Positions 26,798 to 35,933 of a stretch of DNA of 40,277 nt are shown here, one piece after another. The stretch's first letter is position 1. The number at the start of each line of letters is the position of its first letter. The notes beneath the pieces were generated by a model. That model had not been told where the DNA came from. It worked only from the letters and a program-made list of their open reading frames with translations, and searched no databases. The stretch is taken from the NCBI GenBank assembly GCA_022711075.1, contig JAKLFS010000001.1, positions 3,859 to 44,135 of the forward strand, written 5' to 3'. Both the position numbers and the translations under genes were made by a program. This stretch comes from Patescibacteria group bacterium (GTDB taxonomy: Bacteria; Patescibacteriota; Minisyncoccia; UBA6257; JAAZHW01).

Positions 26798-28552
26798 TTA
26801 AACTGTTTCCTTTAAAATTTCGTCGATGGAGACCACGCCGTCCAAGGCCTTGATTAATCCGTCCTGCCGCAAAGTAATCATCCCCTGCTTTTTAGCCACT
26901 AACGTCAGGTTGCTTTCCGTCGGGTCCTTTAAAATCGCTTCGGCTAATTCCGGAGTCATTTCCAGCATTTCAAAGATTCCAATCCTGCCTTTAGTGCCTT
27001 TGTAATTGCAAGCTTCGCAACCTTGCGGCAGATATATTTCTATCGGCTCTTTAACGGCTAATTTTTCTTTGAGGGCCGTTGGCAATCCGGATAATATTTT
27101 TTTAATCTCCTCCAATAAACTGCCCGAGGCTATCACTTTCTTTTTGCAATTATCGCAAAGGCGGCCGACCAATCTTTGGCTCATCATCAAAATCAAAGAC
27201 GAAGGCAGAAGAAAAGGCTCAACCTTCATATCAATCAAGCGCGACACCACTCCGATGGCATCATTGGTATGCAGAGTGGAAAGAACTAAGTGACCAGTCA
27301 ACGCCGCATGCACTGCCAAGGCCGCTGTTTCATTGTCGCGGATTTCACCAACCATAATGATATCCGGATCCTGCCGCACAATCTGCCTTAATCCCGAAGC
27401 AAAATCATAGCCGATTTCCGGTTTAACCTGAGACTGATTGATTCCCTCCATGAAATATTCCACCGGGTCTTCCAAACTAACGACATTAACGTCTTCTTTG
27501 TTCAAAGTGCCAAGGATGGCATAAAGAGACGTAGTTTTACCAGAACCTGTCGGGCCAGTGGCTAAAATCATCCCGAAGGGCTTATCCATCGCCGTTTTCA
27601 AAAGCTTCAAATGATAGTCCCTAACTCCCAAATCGGAAATCGTTTTCAAGCCAACGGAAGCATCAAGCAAGCGAATCGCCACTTTCTCGCCAACGGCAGT
27701 CGGGAAAGTGGAAACACGGAAATCGATTTCTTTGTTGTCAATTAAAGTGCGGAAGCGGCCATCCTGAGGCACTCGCGACTCATCGATTTTCAATTCCGAA
27801 AGAATTTTAATGCGGGAAACTATCGGCGCCTGCAATTCCAAGGGCAAATTCAAAACATTCTTCAAATCACCGTCAATCCGAAAACGCACCCTGAGCCGAG
27901 AACGTTGCGGTTCAATATGGATATCCGAAGCCCGCTCCGCCGCCGCTTGATGCAAAATCGTGGAAACCAATTTAATAACCGGAGCTTCTTCGGCAATCAG
28001 ACCGCTCGCTTCTTCAATTTTCACTATGCGCTGTTGCGGCAACAGATAAGACGATTTGCTCTGCCGCTTAAATATATCCAAAGCCTCAGTCACTTCTTTC
28101 ACGCGCGTATCAAAAGTCCGGTAGCCTCGTGATAAATCATATAAAGCCGTTGGCGTGATAAGATAAATGCCGATATTAACTTTTTTCTGTTTGGCGATAA
28201 ATCTTAATACTTCTTGCGCCCGAACGTCATCGGGTTGCAGCATGCCCACCAAAACTGTATCCTTATCTCGGGCAAAGGCCACTAATTTATGCGTTTTAGC
28301 CACTTCCTCGGGAATAAAATTCAAAATTTCCGGAGCAACTGCCTCATCTTTTTTAAAAGTTTTAAGAGGGACCTTAAAAAATTCGCTTTTCGCTTGGCCG
28401 AGCTCTTCTTCGGAAACTATCCTCTTTTCGTTGATAATATCTTCGACGGGTCGGTTTAAACTTTCGGCCTCTTTTAAAACACTATCGGCAATAGCCGAAG
28501 TAATTTTCCCGTTTTTAAGCAAAGTATCAATGAGACTTTTATTGGAAATCAT
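26798..28552 (-). CDS. pilB: Type IV pilus assembly ATPase PilB (GspE family), copy 2
   Basis: Walker A GPTGSGKTTS, the tetracysteine CDNC...CEAC, and a GspE_N-like N-terminus. Confidence 0.92.
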   Translation of the reverse strand: MISNKSLIDTLLKNGKITSAIADSVLKEAESLNRPVEDIINEKRIVSEEELGQAKSEFFKVPLKTFKKDEAVAPEILNFIPEEVAKTHKLVAFARDKDTVLVGMLQPDDVRAQEVLRFIAKQKKVNIGIYLITPTALYDLSRGYRTFDTRVKEVTEALDIFKRQSKSSYLLPQQRIVKIEEASGLIAEEAPVIKLVSTILHQAAAERASDIHIEPQRSRLRVRFRIDGDLKNVLNLPLELQAPIVSRIKILSELKIDESRVPQDGRFRTLIDNKEIDFRVSTFPTAVGEKVAIRLLDASVGLKTISDLGVRDYHLKLLKTAMDKPFGMILATGPTGSGKTTSLYAILGTLNKEDVNVVSLEDPVEYFMEGINQSQVKPEIGYDFASGLRQIVRQDPDIIMVGEIRDNETAALAVHAALTGHLVLSTLHTNDAIGVVSRLIDMKVEPFLLPSSLILMMSQRLVGRLCDNCKKKVIASGSLLEEIKKILSGLPTALKEKLAVKEPIEIYLPQGCEACNYKGTKGRIGIFEMLEMTPELAEAILKDPTESNLTLVAKKQGMITLRQDGLIKALDGVVSIDEILKETV

Positions 28553-28643
28553 AAAAAATTATTTTAATTTATAAGCCGGGCGCCGCTCCGCCGAACCGAA
28601 CCCTATTTCTAAATTTGGCGCGCCTCCTGTTCCAGCGAAATCT

Positions 28644-28982
28644 TTAAAACGGAATGAACGGATTGGGTCGACCCAAACTTCCGATATCAACGGGGTCGGC
28701 ATAGGAATGAAGGGATTGATAAATTGAATTTTCCAGGACTGTTGCCGGATCAAACTTTAGATTGATGATTCCGCCGGTTACGTCTTTTTGCAAGTCAGCC
28801 TGCAACAAAGAAAGATCGCTGCTTTGACCGAAAATCAAACCAACGATCTTGCTCAAAATCCCGCCCGAAGAAGCGCTCGGCGCAAAAAACACAAAATAAA
28901 TGACAATAATGGCCACAATCAAAACACCGATAAATATGTAGAGCCATGTTCTTTTCTTTGGTTTTTCTTCAAGTGTTTCCAT
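28644..28982 (-). CDS. Small membrane-anchored protein, possibly PilP-like (C-terminal GRPNPFIPF)
   Basis: One TM (WLYIFIGVLIVAIIVIYFVFF), a position after pilO, and a C-terminal R-x-NPF motif reminiscent of the RDPF motif in PilP-type proteins. Confidence 0.4.
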   Translation of the reverse strand: METLEEKPKKRTWLYIFIGVLIVAIIVIYFVFFAPSASSGGILSKIVGLIFGQSSDLSLLQADLQKDVTGGIINLKFDPATVLENSIYQSLHSYADPVDIGSLGRPNPFIPF

Positions 28983-28993
28983 GATATTTTTAC

Positions 28994-29575
28994 TTATTGA
29001 TAATAAACATTAAGGATAACTCTGAAATTGAAGAGGCCGGAATTCTTCTGGCTATCGGTTGTGGAGCCGGCAAAAGCGATATTAACGATATCCATTAAAC
29101 GAATGTCGCTTTCAACGGCATTAAGCCAAGTCTTCAATGATTCGTAATTACCCGTAAGTCCGAGGGTTAGGCGCAAAGTTTTATAGCTCTGAACTATATT
29201 CTGCGCGCTTTTCTTGGAACTGGGAGTTGAAACTCCGACATTTTCAAAATTAATACTCTGCAAGGACAGGCCGCTTTGCGTGGTAATCGTCTCCAATTGC
29301 GCCAATAAATTTTGAATCTCGGCGCCGCGAGGAATGCTTAAAGAAATCGTCTGACTCACGCTGATCAGACTCTTATACTGGTCAATGATGGATTTCGCAA
29401 TCTGAACAGCCTGATACTGTGTATCATATTGGGATTTTTCCTCGTTGATTTTCTTATTTAAATCTCCCACCTCTTTGAAAGCCGGCCAGGTCCAAACAAA
29501 AATTACTACCAGCGCCAAAATCAAAACGACGAGGGACAAAGTTAAACTAATATTTCTTTTGGCTGTATATTTCAT
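28994..29575 (-). CDS. pilO: PilO-like pilus alignment protein
   Basis: N-terminal TM plus coiled coil plus an alpha/beta C-terminal domain; third gene in the pilM-N-O order. Confidence 0.55.
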   Translation of the reverse strand: MKYTAKRNISLTLSLVVLILALVVIFVWTWPAFKEVGDLNKKINEEKSQYDTQYQAVQIAKSIIDQYKSLISVSQTISLSIPRGAEIQNLLAQLETITTQSGLSLQSINFENVGVSTPSSKKSAQNIVQSYKTLRLTLGLTGNYESLKTWLNAVESDIRLMDIVNIAFAGSTTDSQKNSGLFNFRVILNVYYQ

Positions 29576-29593
29576 AGTGGACCCGATCGGAGA

Positions 29594-30142
29594 TTACTGG
29601 AAATTTTTTAAAACCAGCGACGATTTGAAAAATATTTCCATGGAGAAAGTCGTTTTGCCTGCGCCTTGACGAAGGTCGGATAAAGTAACGCTATCGAAAT
29701 CGGAAGTTCTTTGAAAGGCCAAAAGCTGCTGAGCAATCGCCTGTAAATTCTGGCCATAACCATCCATTTGGAGGCGATTTTCGTTAAAATCGTAACTAAA
29801 GTTTGTAAAAGCAACCTGCGGATGCGTAGTTAATTCCAGCCTTTCAAAAATCTGCGAGGGATAGATGTGTTTTTCCAGTAGCGTCCGCAAATTAACCAGC
29901 TGCGAATAAAAAGCCACTACCCCCTCTCTATCCTGAGTGGGAATTTCCTTTTCCAGACCCTTAATTTTATTCTCTAAATCAGCTGATTGACGATCCAAAA
30001 CTCCGATGTAAACATAGTGAATCAAAAGATAAAGGACTAAAGCGATGATAAAAATAATAATGGAAAAACGCAAAAATTTTCCCAGCCAGCCGCTCGGCTT
30101 TTTTTCCGGACCGAATGATTCCATTAATTGAAAATCAGGCAT
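29594..30142 (-). CDS. pilN: PilN-like pilus alignment protein
   Basis: Cytoplasmic N-terminus, a single TM (FSIIIFIIALVLYLLI), a coiled coil, and a position after pilM. Confidence 0.55.
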   Translation of the reverse strand: MPDFQLMESFGPEKKPSGWLGKFLRFSIIIFIIALVLYLLIHYVYIGVLDRQSADLENKIKGLEKEIPTQDREGVVAFYSQLVNLRTLLEKHIYPSQIFERLELTTHPQVAFTNFSYDFNENRLQMDGYGQNLQAIAQQLLAFQRTSDFDSVTLSDLRQGAGKTTFSMEIFFKSSLVLKNFQ

Positions 30143-30172
30143 AAGAACTTAATTTTTATGGCTTATATCTAT

Positions 30173-30214
30173 ATTATACACTTTTTTAATAGGCAACCCA
30201 AGGAGTTATCCACA
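30173..30214 (-). promoter_or_regulatory. Internal promoter between pilM and pilN (TTGGGT-17-TATAAT) with a perfect DnaA-box 9-mer (30206-30214) 4 nt upstream of the -35
   Basis: -10 at 30173-30178 and -35 at 30196-30201 (minus-strand sense); TTATCCACA on the plus strand at 30206-30214. Confidence 0.45.
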
Positions 30215-30256
30215 TTAGAGCGCCGATTTTCAAGGCCAAGCAGATTTCATCTTTAT

Positions 30257-31300
30257 TTAGTATATTCCCCGCAGCGCCAGACCGGTGGCCACAGCCAAAG
30301 ACGGCCCGATCTCTTTCAATAATGGCTCTAAAAATTGCTGATAAGAGATGTTCGCAAACGGCCAAGCGCGCTTAACGCTCAATTCTAATTGCTGAGACAA
30401 ATATTTTTCTAACCCCGGTAAATTTGCCGTACCGCCGGCCAAGATTACGTTCTTGATGTCAACGCCGGTCTTTTCTTTGTAAATATTGAGGGAGCGGGAA
30501 ATTTCATTGCCGAAATAATCAATAACCGGAAGCATCAGGTTAACCACTTCCGTTTCTTGCGGCTCAACATTAAAACCCTTCACCCTTTTAAATTCTTCGG
30601 CCCGCTCCTTGGAAACACCCAAACCCTGCGCGATCACGTGAGTAATTTCCGAACCGGCCGTAGTCAAATTCTCATTGCTCACCAAATAGCCGTTTTCCAC
30701 AATCGCCACATTGGTGGATTGAGCGCCCACGTCCAAAATCAAAGCCGGAGACTTATCCTGACCCAAAAGCGATCGGGCCAAAGACACGCTTTCCAATTCA
30801 AAGGCAACCACGTCTAAGCCAACACCCTTGGCAATTCTTTGATAGCGCTGGATTAAATCCTTGGGAATGGCGATTAAAAGAATTCGGCTGGAAACGTTTT
30901 TGGCCAGGCGATTTCCCTCATTGATAATCGCCCAATCAATAGTCAAATCCTCCAGGGGCAAAGGAATGTATTTTTTCGCCTCAAAAGGAATGGCGCGGCT
31001 TATTTCTTTCTCATCAGTAAGAGGTATGTCAAAAATCGTCACAAAGCTGGAAAAAATAGGCAAAGAAATAACGGCCCGTTTAGTATGCGGTTTAAAGCTT
31101 TTTAAAAGCTTTTTAAGCAGATCGACGGTCGTTTCCTCTACAATCTTGAAATAACTTGATTGAATGGCGGCATTTGGCCTATCCAAATAACCGTAGGTCT
31201 CCAAAATACCGTAATTGTCCAAAACAATTTCGCTGCCGGACTTTGACAGTTCCACTATTTTAATATTGCTGGTTCCGATATCAACGCCCAAAGATCGCAT
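30257..31300 (-). CDS. pilM: PilM, actin-like pilus assembly ATPase-fold protein
   Basis: MRSLGVDIGTSNIKIVEL..., AIPFEAKKYIPLPLEDLTIDW, and GGTANLPGL. Confidence 0.85.
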   Translation of the reverse strand: MRSLGVDIGTSNIKIVELSKSGSEIVLDNYGILETYGYLDRPNAAIQSSYFKIVEETTVDLLKKLLKSFKPHTKRAVISLPIFSSFVTIFDIPLTDEKEISRAIPFEAKKYIPLPLEDLTIDWAIINEGNRLAKNVSSRILLIAIPKDLIQRYQRIAKGVGLDVVAFELESVSLARSLLGQDKSPALILDVGAQSTNVAIVENGYLVSNENLTTAGSEITHVIAQGLGVSKERAEEFKRVKGFNVEPQETEVVNLMLPVIDYFGNEISRSLNIYKEKTGVDIKNVILAGGTANLPGLEKYLSQQLELSVKRAWPFANISYQQFLEPLLKEIGPSLAVATGLALRGIY

Positions 31301-31303
31301 AAA

Positions 31304-31367
31304 TTTAACTAAGACGAAAATTGTACTATAATAGACTTATTATACGATATTTTCTGATTAGCCACAA
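31304..31367. promoter_or_regulatory. Back-to-back divergent promoters: comF (TTTAAC-17-TATAAT, plus strand) and pilM (TTGTGG-17-TATAAT, minus strand)
   Basis: Plus-strand -35 at 31304-31309 and -10 at 31327-31332; minus-strand -10 at 31339-31344 and -35 at 31362-31367. Confidence 0.5.
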
Positions 31368-31379
31368 CATTTCCCAACT

Positions 31380-32099
31380 ATGTTTCAGAAAATAGAAAAC
31401 TTTGTTTTAGATTGTGTTTTTCCCACCTATTGCTTGGGTTGCGGCCGATTTTTGAAAAGCGAAGCAAAAACCCATCTCTGCCCGGATTGCCGGAATAAAA
31501 TCTCCGTTAATTCCGGCCTTTTCTGCCCTATTTGCTTCAAAAGAATAGCGGCGGGAAATTTTAACAAGTGCCGGCACTCCGCCAAAGCTTCTTCTTTGGA
31601 TTTTTTGGGAATTGCCGTCAGCTATGAAAATCCACTCGTTCGAGAATTAATCCACAAATATAAATATGGCTTCGCCAAAGAAATCAGCCAGACCCTGTCG
31701 GAAATTTTGATTCGTTACTGGGAAAAGACTTGCCCGGACGATTTAAAAAGATATTGTCTGGTCGCCGTTCCACTTCACCGTCAGAGATTCAACTGGCGGG
31801 GCTTCAACCAATCGGAAGAGCTCGCCAAAATTTTAAGCCAGAGACTTTCCCTTCCCCTGAACAATAATTGCCTTATCCGCCGAAAGAAAACTGCCAGTCA
31901 GGCGGAAATAAAAGATTTCCAGGAAAGAAAAAATAACTTGCAAAATGCCTTCAGCCTCAAAAATCAGGGGCCGTTAGAAAATAAAAACATCATCCTCCTG
32001 GATGACGTCTTCACTTCCGGCGCCACCATGGAGGCGGCGGCCGCGGCCTTAAAATCCGGCGGCGCAAAAAGAATTATCGGACTGGCCATCGCCAAATAA
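31380..32099 (+). CDS. comF: ComF family competence protein (zinc-finger N-terminus plus phosphoribosyltransferase domain)
   Basis: CLGCG...CPDC...CPIC cysteine pairs and the PRTase motif IILLDDVFTSGATM. Confidence 0.85.
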   Translation: MFQKIENFVLDCVFPTYCLGCGRFLKSEAKTHLCPDCRNKISVNSGLFCPICFKRIAAGNFNKCRHSAKASSLDFLGIAVSYENPLVRELIHKYKYGFAKEISQTLSEILIRYWEKTCPDDLKRYCLVAVPLHRQRFNWRGFNQSEELAKILSQRLSLPLNNNCLIRRKKTASQAEIKDFQERKNNLQNAFSLKNQGPLENKNIILLDDVFTSGATMEAAAAALKSGGAKRIIGLAIAK

Positions 32100-32103
32100 A
32101 TGA

Positions 32104-32898
32104 TCAGGATGCCGTCTTCCAATAAATATTGCGCAAATAGCGGAGATCCAGATATTCCAAAGACTCAAAATCAAAATCGCTTTGAAGAAGATAGAAAAGG
32201 GCTGCCTTGGTTCTAGTTAGATCTTCCTGATTTAAATAAACCTGCCACCCGGCCGAAGTCTGAATGATCAAACCGGTAGTGGTGATTTGCACGCTATTCA
32301 AATGAAAACGCTCGGCCAAACTATTCCAAATGAAAATTAAATCGTCAAAAGACCCGTGCGTCAAAATCTTGTCGCCCAAACTATAAAGGCGGCCGGAATT
32401 ATCTTGAATCAAAAATATTACATTGCCTTCGGTTTGCGGCGAGGCAACGAAAACCACGCCCTGCTCATCAAAATAAAAACAATTCTGCTCTTCATTGCCT
32501 AAACATAAAATCCCCTTGCTCTGCCGTTCGTGCAGATTAAAAACAAGAGATTTATTTTTAAAGTCTTTGTGCAAAGAAAAATCTTTGATAACCGGATTTT
32601 TAAAAACTAAATCGCTAAAATCTTTGGCGAAAAGAAAAATAAGATTATTCCTGAAATTAATAAACCCTAAAATCCGCTGGGAAGACAAATATTGATTCAC
32701 CTCTTCTTCTAATTGTACCGCTTTGGCAAAATGAGCGCCGGTAATTTCCACTTTTTTTACGGCTAACCAACCGGAAAGAAAAATTACATAAAATATGCCA
32801 AAGGCGGCCGCCAAAATAATGAGAAAAATCAAAACAGACCGCCGTCTCCTTCTCCGGCTTTTATCAACTCTCACTTGACGCGAACGCCAACCCCTCAT
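32104..32898 (-). CDS. ftsQ: FtsQ/DivIB-like cell division protein (POTRA)
   Basis: Arg-rich N-terminus, a single TM, then VKKVEITGAHF... typical of the POTRA start. Confidence 0.7.
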   Translation of the reverse strand: MRGWRSRQVRVDKSRRRRRRSVLIFLIILAAAFGIFYVIFLSGWLAVKKVEITGAHFAKAVQLEEEVNQYLSSQRILGFINFRNNLIFLFAKDFSDLVFKNPVIKDFSLHKDFKNKSLVFNLHERQSKGILCLGNEEQNCFYFDEQGVVFVASPQTEGNVIFLIQDNSGRLYSLGDKILTHGSFDDLIFIWNSLAERFHLNSVQITTTGLIIQTSAGWQVYLNQEDLTRTKAALFYLLQSDFDFESLEYLDLRYLRNIYWKTAS

Positions 32899-34131
32899 TT
32901 ATTTTAAATACGGTTTCAAAACTTTTGGAATCTCAATGGAGCCGTCTTTTTGCTGATAATTCTCAATGATAGCCACTAAAATCCGGCCGATGGCAAAGGC
33001 TGTCCCGTTCAAAGTGTGGACAAATTTTTGACCGTCCTTACTTTTATATTTGATGTTCAATCTCCGACTCTGGAAATCCGTGCAATTGCTGTTGGAATGG
33101 GTTTCTTTGTATTGGTCTTGGCTGGGCAGCCAGGCCTCAAGGTCGTAACTGGAAGCAGAAGGGTTGTACATATCACCAGTGCAGATGCGGAGAACGCGAT
33201 AAGGAATTTTCAAATCCTGCATTAATTCCTCCTCCATTTGCAAAATCAAGGCCTGCTCTTTGGCGGAATCTTCAGGTTTAGCAAAAATGAACATTTCCAA
33301 CTTCTCAAAATAATGAACCCGCAAAATCCCTTTGGTGTCTTTACCGTAAGAGCCGGCTTCGCGCCGGAAACACGGAGAAAAAGCGATATACCGCAAAGGC
33401 AACTCTGCCTCTTCAAAAACTTCGTCCTGATGCATTGGACCAATCGCCTGTTCGGCAGTGCCGATTAAAAACAAATCGTCTTCGGGAAAATAATAACGTT
33501 CTTCCCAGTCTTTGGGCGAATCAATCGCGCCCATACCCTGCATGGATTTTTTAGAAACCAGGGCCGGCGGCACAACGGGAATAAATCCGTACTCCGATAA
33601 TTTGCGCAATGTAAATTGCACTAAGGCATATTCTATTAAGACCGCGTTTCCCTTTAAATAACCGAAACGCGTGCCAATGGCCTTGGCTGCTCTTTTTACG
33701 TCTATCCATTTATCTTCCGTCAAGGTCAAATAATCTTTCGGCTCAAAAGAAAATTTCGGCTTCTTCCCGACTTCCCGTAAAACTTTATTTCCGGTTTCAT
33801 CCAAGCCAACCGGAACATCAGCCAAAGGAACATTGGGCACCAAATAAAGCATCGCCTCCAACTCCGCCTGAAACGGCTCCTGCTGTTTTTCCAGCTCCCT
33901 GATTCTTTCTTTCATAGATTTGGCTTTTTCCAATTCGTCTTGGCTGAAATTTCTGTTTTTGGACAACCTGTTTTGCTCGGCGCGCAAAAACTCCACTTCA
34001 GACATTACCGAGCGCCACTCTTTATCCAAGGCCAAAATTTTATCAACCTCGACCTTAGCTCTGCGATTTTTTATTGTTTCCCGAAATAAATCGGGGTTTT
34101 CTCTGATTTGTTTTAATAAATCTGTTAGCAT
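32899..34131 (-). CDS. serS: Seryl-tRNA synthetase
   Basis: N-terminal coiled-coil arm and class II motifs (FRRE..., GTAFAIGR); 410 aa. Confidence 0.95.
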   Translation of the reverse strand: MLTDLLKQIRENPDLFRETIKNRRAKVEVDKILALDKEWRSVMSEVEFLRAEQNRLSKNRNFSQDELEKAKSMKERIRELEKQQEPFQAELEAMLYLVPNVPLADVPVGLDETGNKVLREVGKKPKFSFEPKDYLTLTEDKWIDVKRAAKAIGTRFGYLKGNAVLIEYALVQFTLRKLSEYGFIPVVPPALVSKKSMQGMGAIDSPKDWEERYYFPEDDLFLIGTAEQAIGPMHQDEVFEEAELPLRYIAFSPCFRREAGSYGKDTKGILRVHYFEKLEMFIFAKPEDSAKEQALILQMEEELMQDLKIPYRVLRICTGDMYNPSASSYDLEAWLPSQDQYKETHSNSNCTDFQSRRLNIKYKSKDGQKFVHTLNGTAFAIGRILVAIIENYQQKDGSIEIPKVLKPYLK

Positions 34132-34147
34132 TTACCCTGTAAAATAA
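34130..34147. repeat. Left copy of the 18-bp imperfect inverted repeat bracketing the GIY-YIG ORF
   Basis: atttaccctgtaaaataa matches the reverse complement of 34420-34437 (attcaccctgtgaaataa) at 16/18 positions. Confidence 0.7.
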
Positions 34148-34389
34148 GATTTGAGGCGACTTTTAATAAACTTTTTTCCATAATACGTTTTTAGATACTT
34201 TTCCCTGCGCGTTGCATCTTGTTGATTCAAACAACATTCAAAATAAATTAGTTTTAATGGTTGTCTGTCTTTAGTAGATTCTACAAGGCCTTTTTGATGT
34301 TGCTCAAATCTTAATTTTATATTTTTTGTATATCCCGTATAAAATTTCTTATCTTTAAGGCTCTGGAGAATATAAACGCAGTAAAACAT
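34132..34389 (-). CDS. GIY-YIG domain-only nuclease family protein (85 aa)
   Basis: FYCVYILQS...KFYTGYTKNIKLRFEQHQ... is a GIY-YIG signature. About 29% GC by my count, against roughly 35-57% in flanking lines. Confidence 0.85.
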   Translation of the reverse strand: MFYCVYILQSLKDKKFYTGYTKNIKLRFEQHQKGLVESTKDRQPLKLIYFECCLNQQDATRREKYLKTYYGKKFIKSRLKSYFTG

Positions 34390-34419
34390 AGCAGAAATTA
34401 AATATACAAAAAATTAAAA

Positions 34420-34437
34420 TTATTTCACAGGGTGAAT
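34420..34437. repeat. Right copy of the 18-bp imperfect inverted repeat bracketing the GIY-YIG ORF
   Basis: ttatttcacagggtgaat; see the left copy. Confidence 0.7.
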
Positions 34438-34439
34438 CT

Positions 34440-35933
34440 TTATTTTTCCCGCTTCCTCATAAACGGGAAGAAAATTACTTCTTTGATGCCCTCGGCATTG
34501 GTCAAAAGTATTACCAGACGGTCAAGGCCGATTCCGATGCCGGCTGTTGGCGGCATTCCGTATTCCAAGGCTTCAACAAAATCTTTATCGTAGCGGGACG
34601 CCTCTTCATTGCCGGCTCTCCTCTTTTTTTCCTGCTCCCTGAATCTGGCGTCTTGATCAAGCGGATCGTTCAATTCGGAAAAAGCATTGCCCGCTTCCAT
34701 CCCGCCGATGGCGATCAAAAATCTCTGAACCTCTTCCTTATTTTCCGTCCGGAGCTTGGCCAAAGGAGAAAGGGCCGCGGGAAGATGAATCACAAAAGTG
34801 GGTTGAATCAAATTGGGTAGGCAAATTTTTTTGTAAACCTCGTCAATTAATTCCCACTTATCCTGTTTTTTATGTTCTTTGGTAATTTCTATTTTATGCT
34901 CTTTCATTTTTTCCAATATTTCTTTTGCCTCAGCCTTATCAGCATCTAATCCGGCGTATTTCCTAATGACTTCCTTGAATTCCAGCCTCAACCAAGGCTT
35001 TTTGAAATTCACTAAATTGCCATTAATATTGACGAGTAAAGGATTTTTCGTCTGCGAAAAAGCGTTATTCAAAATAAAAGCAAACATGTCCTCCACCAAA
35101 ATCATCAACCCTTCATAATCTTGGTAAGCCCAATAAAGCTCCAGCATCGTAAATTCCGGATTATGTGAACGGTCCATCCCTTCATTTCGGAAATTGCGGC
35201 CGATTTCGTAGATTTTTTCAAAACCAGCCACAATTAATCTTTTCAAATAAAGCTCGGGCGCTATCCGCAAATACAAATCCATATTTAAAGCGTTTAATTT
35301 TGTCTGAAACGGCTTGGCCAAAGCTCCGCCGGGCAAAGTTTGCAGGATGGGAGTTTCCACTTCTAAAAACCCGTAGGAGTTAAGGAAATCCCGAATGGCC
35401 TGAATAATTTTAGAACGCAAAACCAAACGCTTTTTAACATCATCATTGAGAATCAAATCAAGATAGCGGCGACGAAATCTCTCTTCCACATCTTTTAATC
35501 CATACCACTCGGATGGAAGCGGTCTTAAGGTTTTAGTCAGTAATTTCCAACTTTCAATAAAAAGCGAATCTTCTCCGCGCTGAGTTTTAAACAAATAACC
35601 CCCTGCCTCAATAAAATCGCCGATATCCAAAAATTCTCCAACGCGATCGAAATCCTTAAGCGAATCCTTTTTAAAAACCAGCTGGATGGACCCGCTTTCG
35701 TCTCGCAAATCAACAAAAGCGATGCCGCCCTGACCACGCATACTCATTATTCTGCCGGCTATGACAATCTTTCTTTCTTCTTTGCTCCAAGCATCAAAAT
35801 TATTCAAAGCAGCGGCGATCTCTGTGTCGCGTTTTGTCTGAGCCGGATAGCCGTCCCACCCGACTTTCTTCAAAGACTCCAGCTTTTTTATCCTTAATTT
35901 TTTTATTTTATCCTGGGTAGCCATAAAATTCAT
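34440..35933 (-). CDS. lysS: Lysyl-tRNA synthetase, class II
   Basis: OB-fold N-domain and class II motifs (FRNEG, GIGIGLDRL). ATGA overlap with the greA stop. Confidence 0.95.
   Translation of the reverse strand: MNFMATQDKIKKLRIKKLESLKKVGWDGYPAQTKRDTEIAAALNNFDAWSKEERKIVIAGRIMSMRGQGGIAFVDLRDESGSIQLVFKKDSLKDFDRVGEFLDIGDFIEAGGYLFKTQRGEDSLFIESWKLLTKTLRPLPSEWYGLKDVEERFRRRYLDLILNDDVKKRLVLRSKIIQAIRDFLNSYGFLEVETPILQTLPGGALAKPFQTKLNALNMDLYLRIAPELYLKRLIVAGFEKIYEIGRNFRNEGMDRSHNPEFTMLELYWAYQDYEGLMILVEDMFAFILNNAFSQTKNPLLVNINGNLVNFKKPWLRLEFKEVIRKYAGLDADKAEAKEILEKMKEHKIEITKEHKKQDKWELIDEVYKKICLPNLIQPTFVIHLPAALSPLAKLRTENKEEVQRFLIAIGGMEAGNAFSELNDPLDQDARFREQEKKRRAGNEEASRYDKDFVEALEYGMPPTAGIGIGLDRLVILLTNAEGIKEVIFFPFMRKREK

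Noticed and set aside
28559-28753. A frameshifted pseudogene or second gene (64-aa ORF containing NPFIP) overlapping the end of the 112-aa ORF
   Set aside because: The alternative frame is closed just upstream of 28753 and runs through the GC-rich spacer with no protein-like features. It is treated as a DNA-level repeat observation only.
30128-30322. 64-aa plus-strand ORF spanning the pilM-pilN gap
   Set aside because: It overlaps the ends of two well-supported minus-strand genes and the internal promoter, and has no protein-like features.
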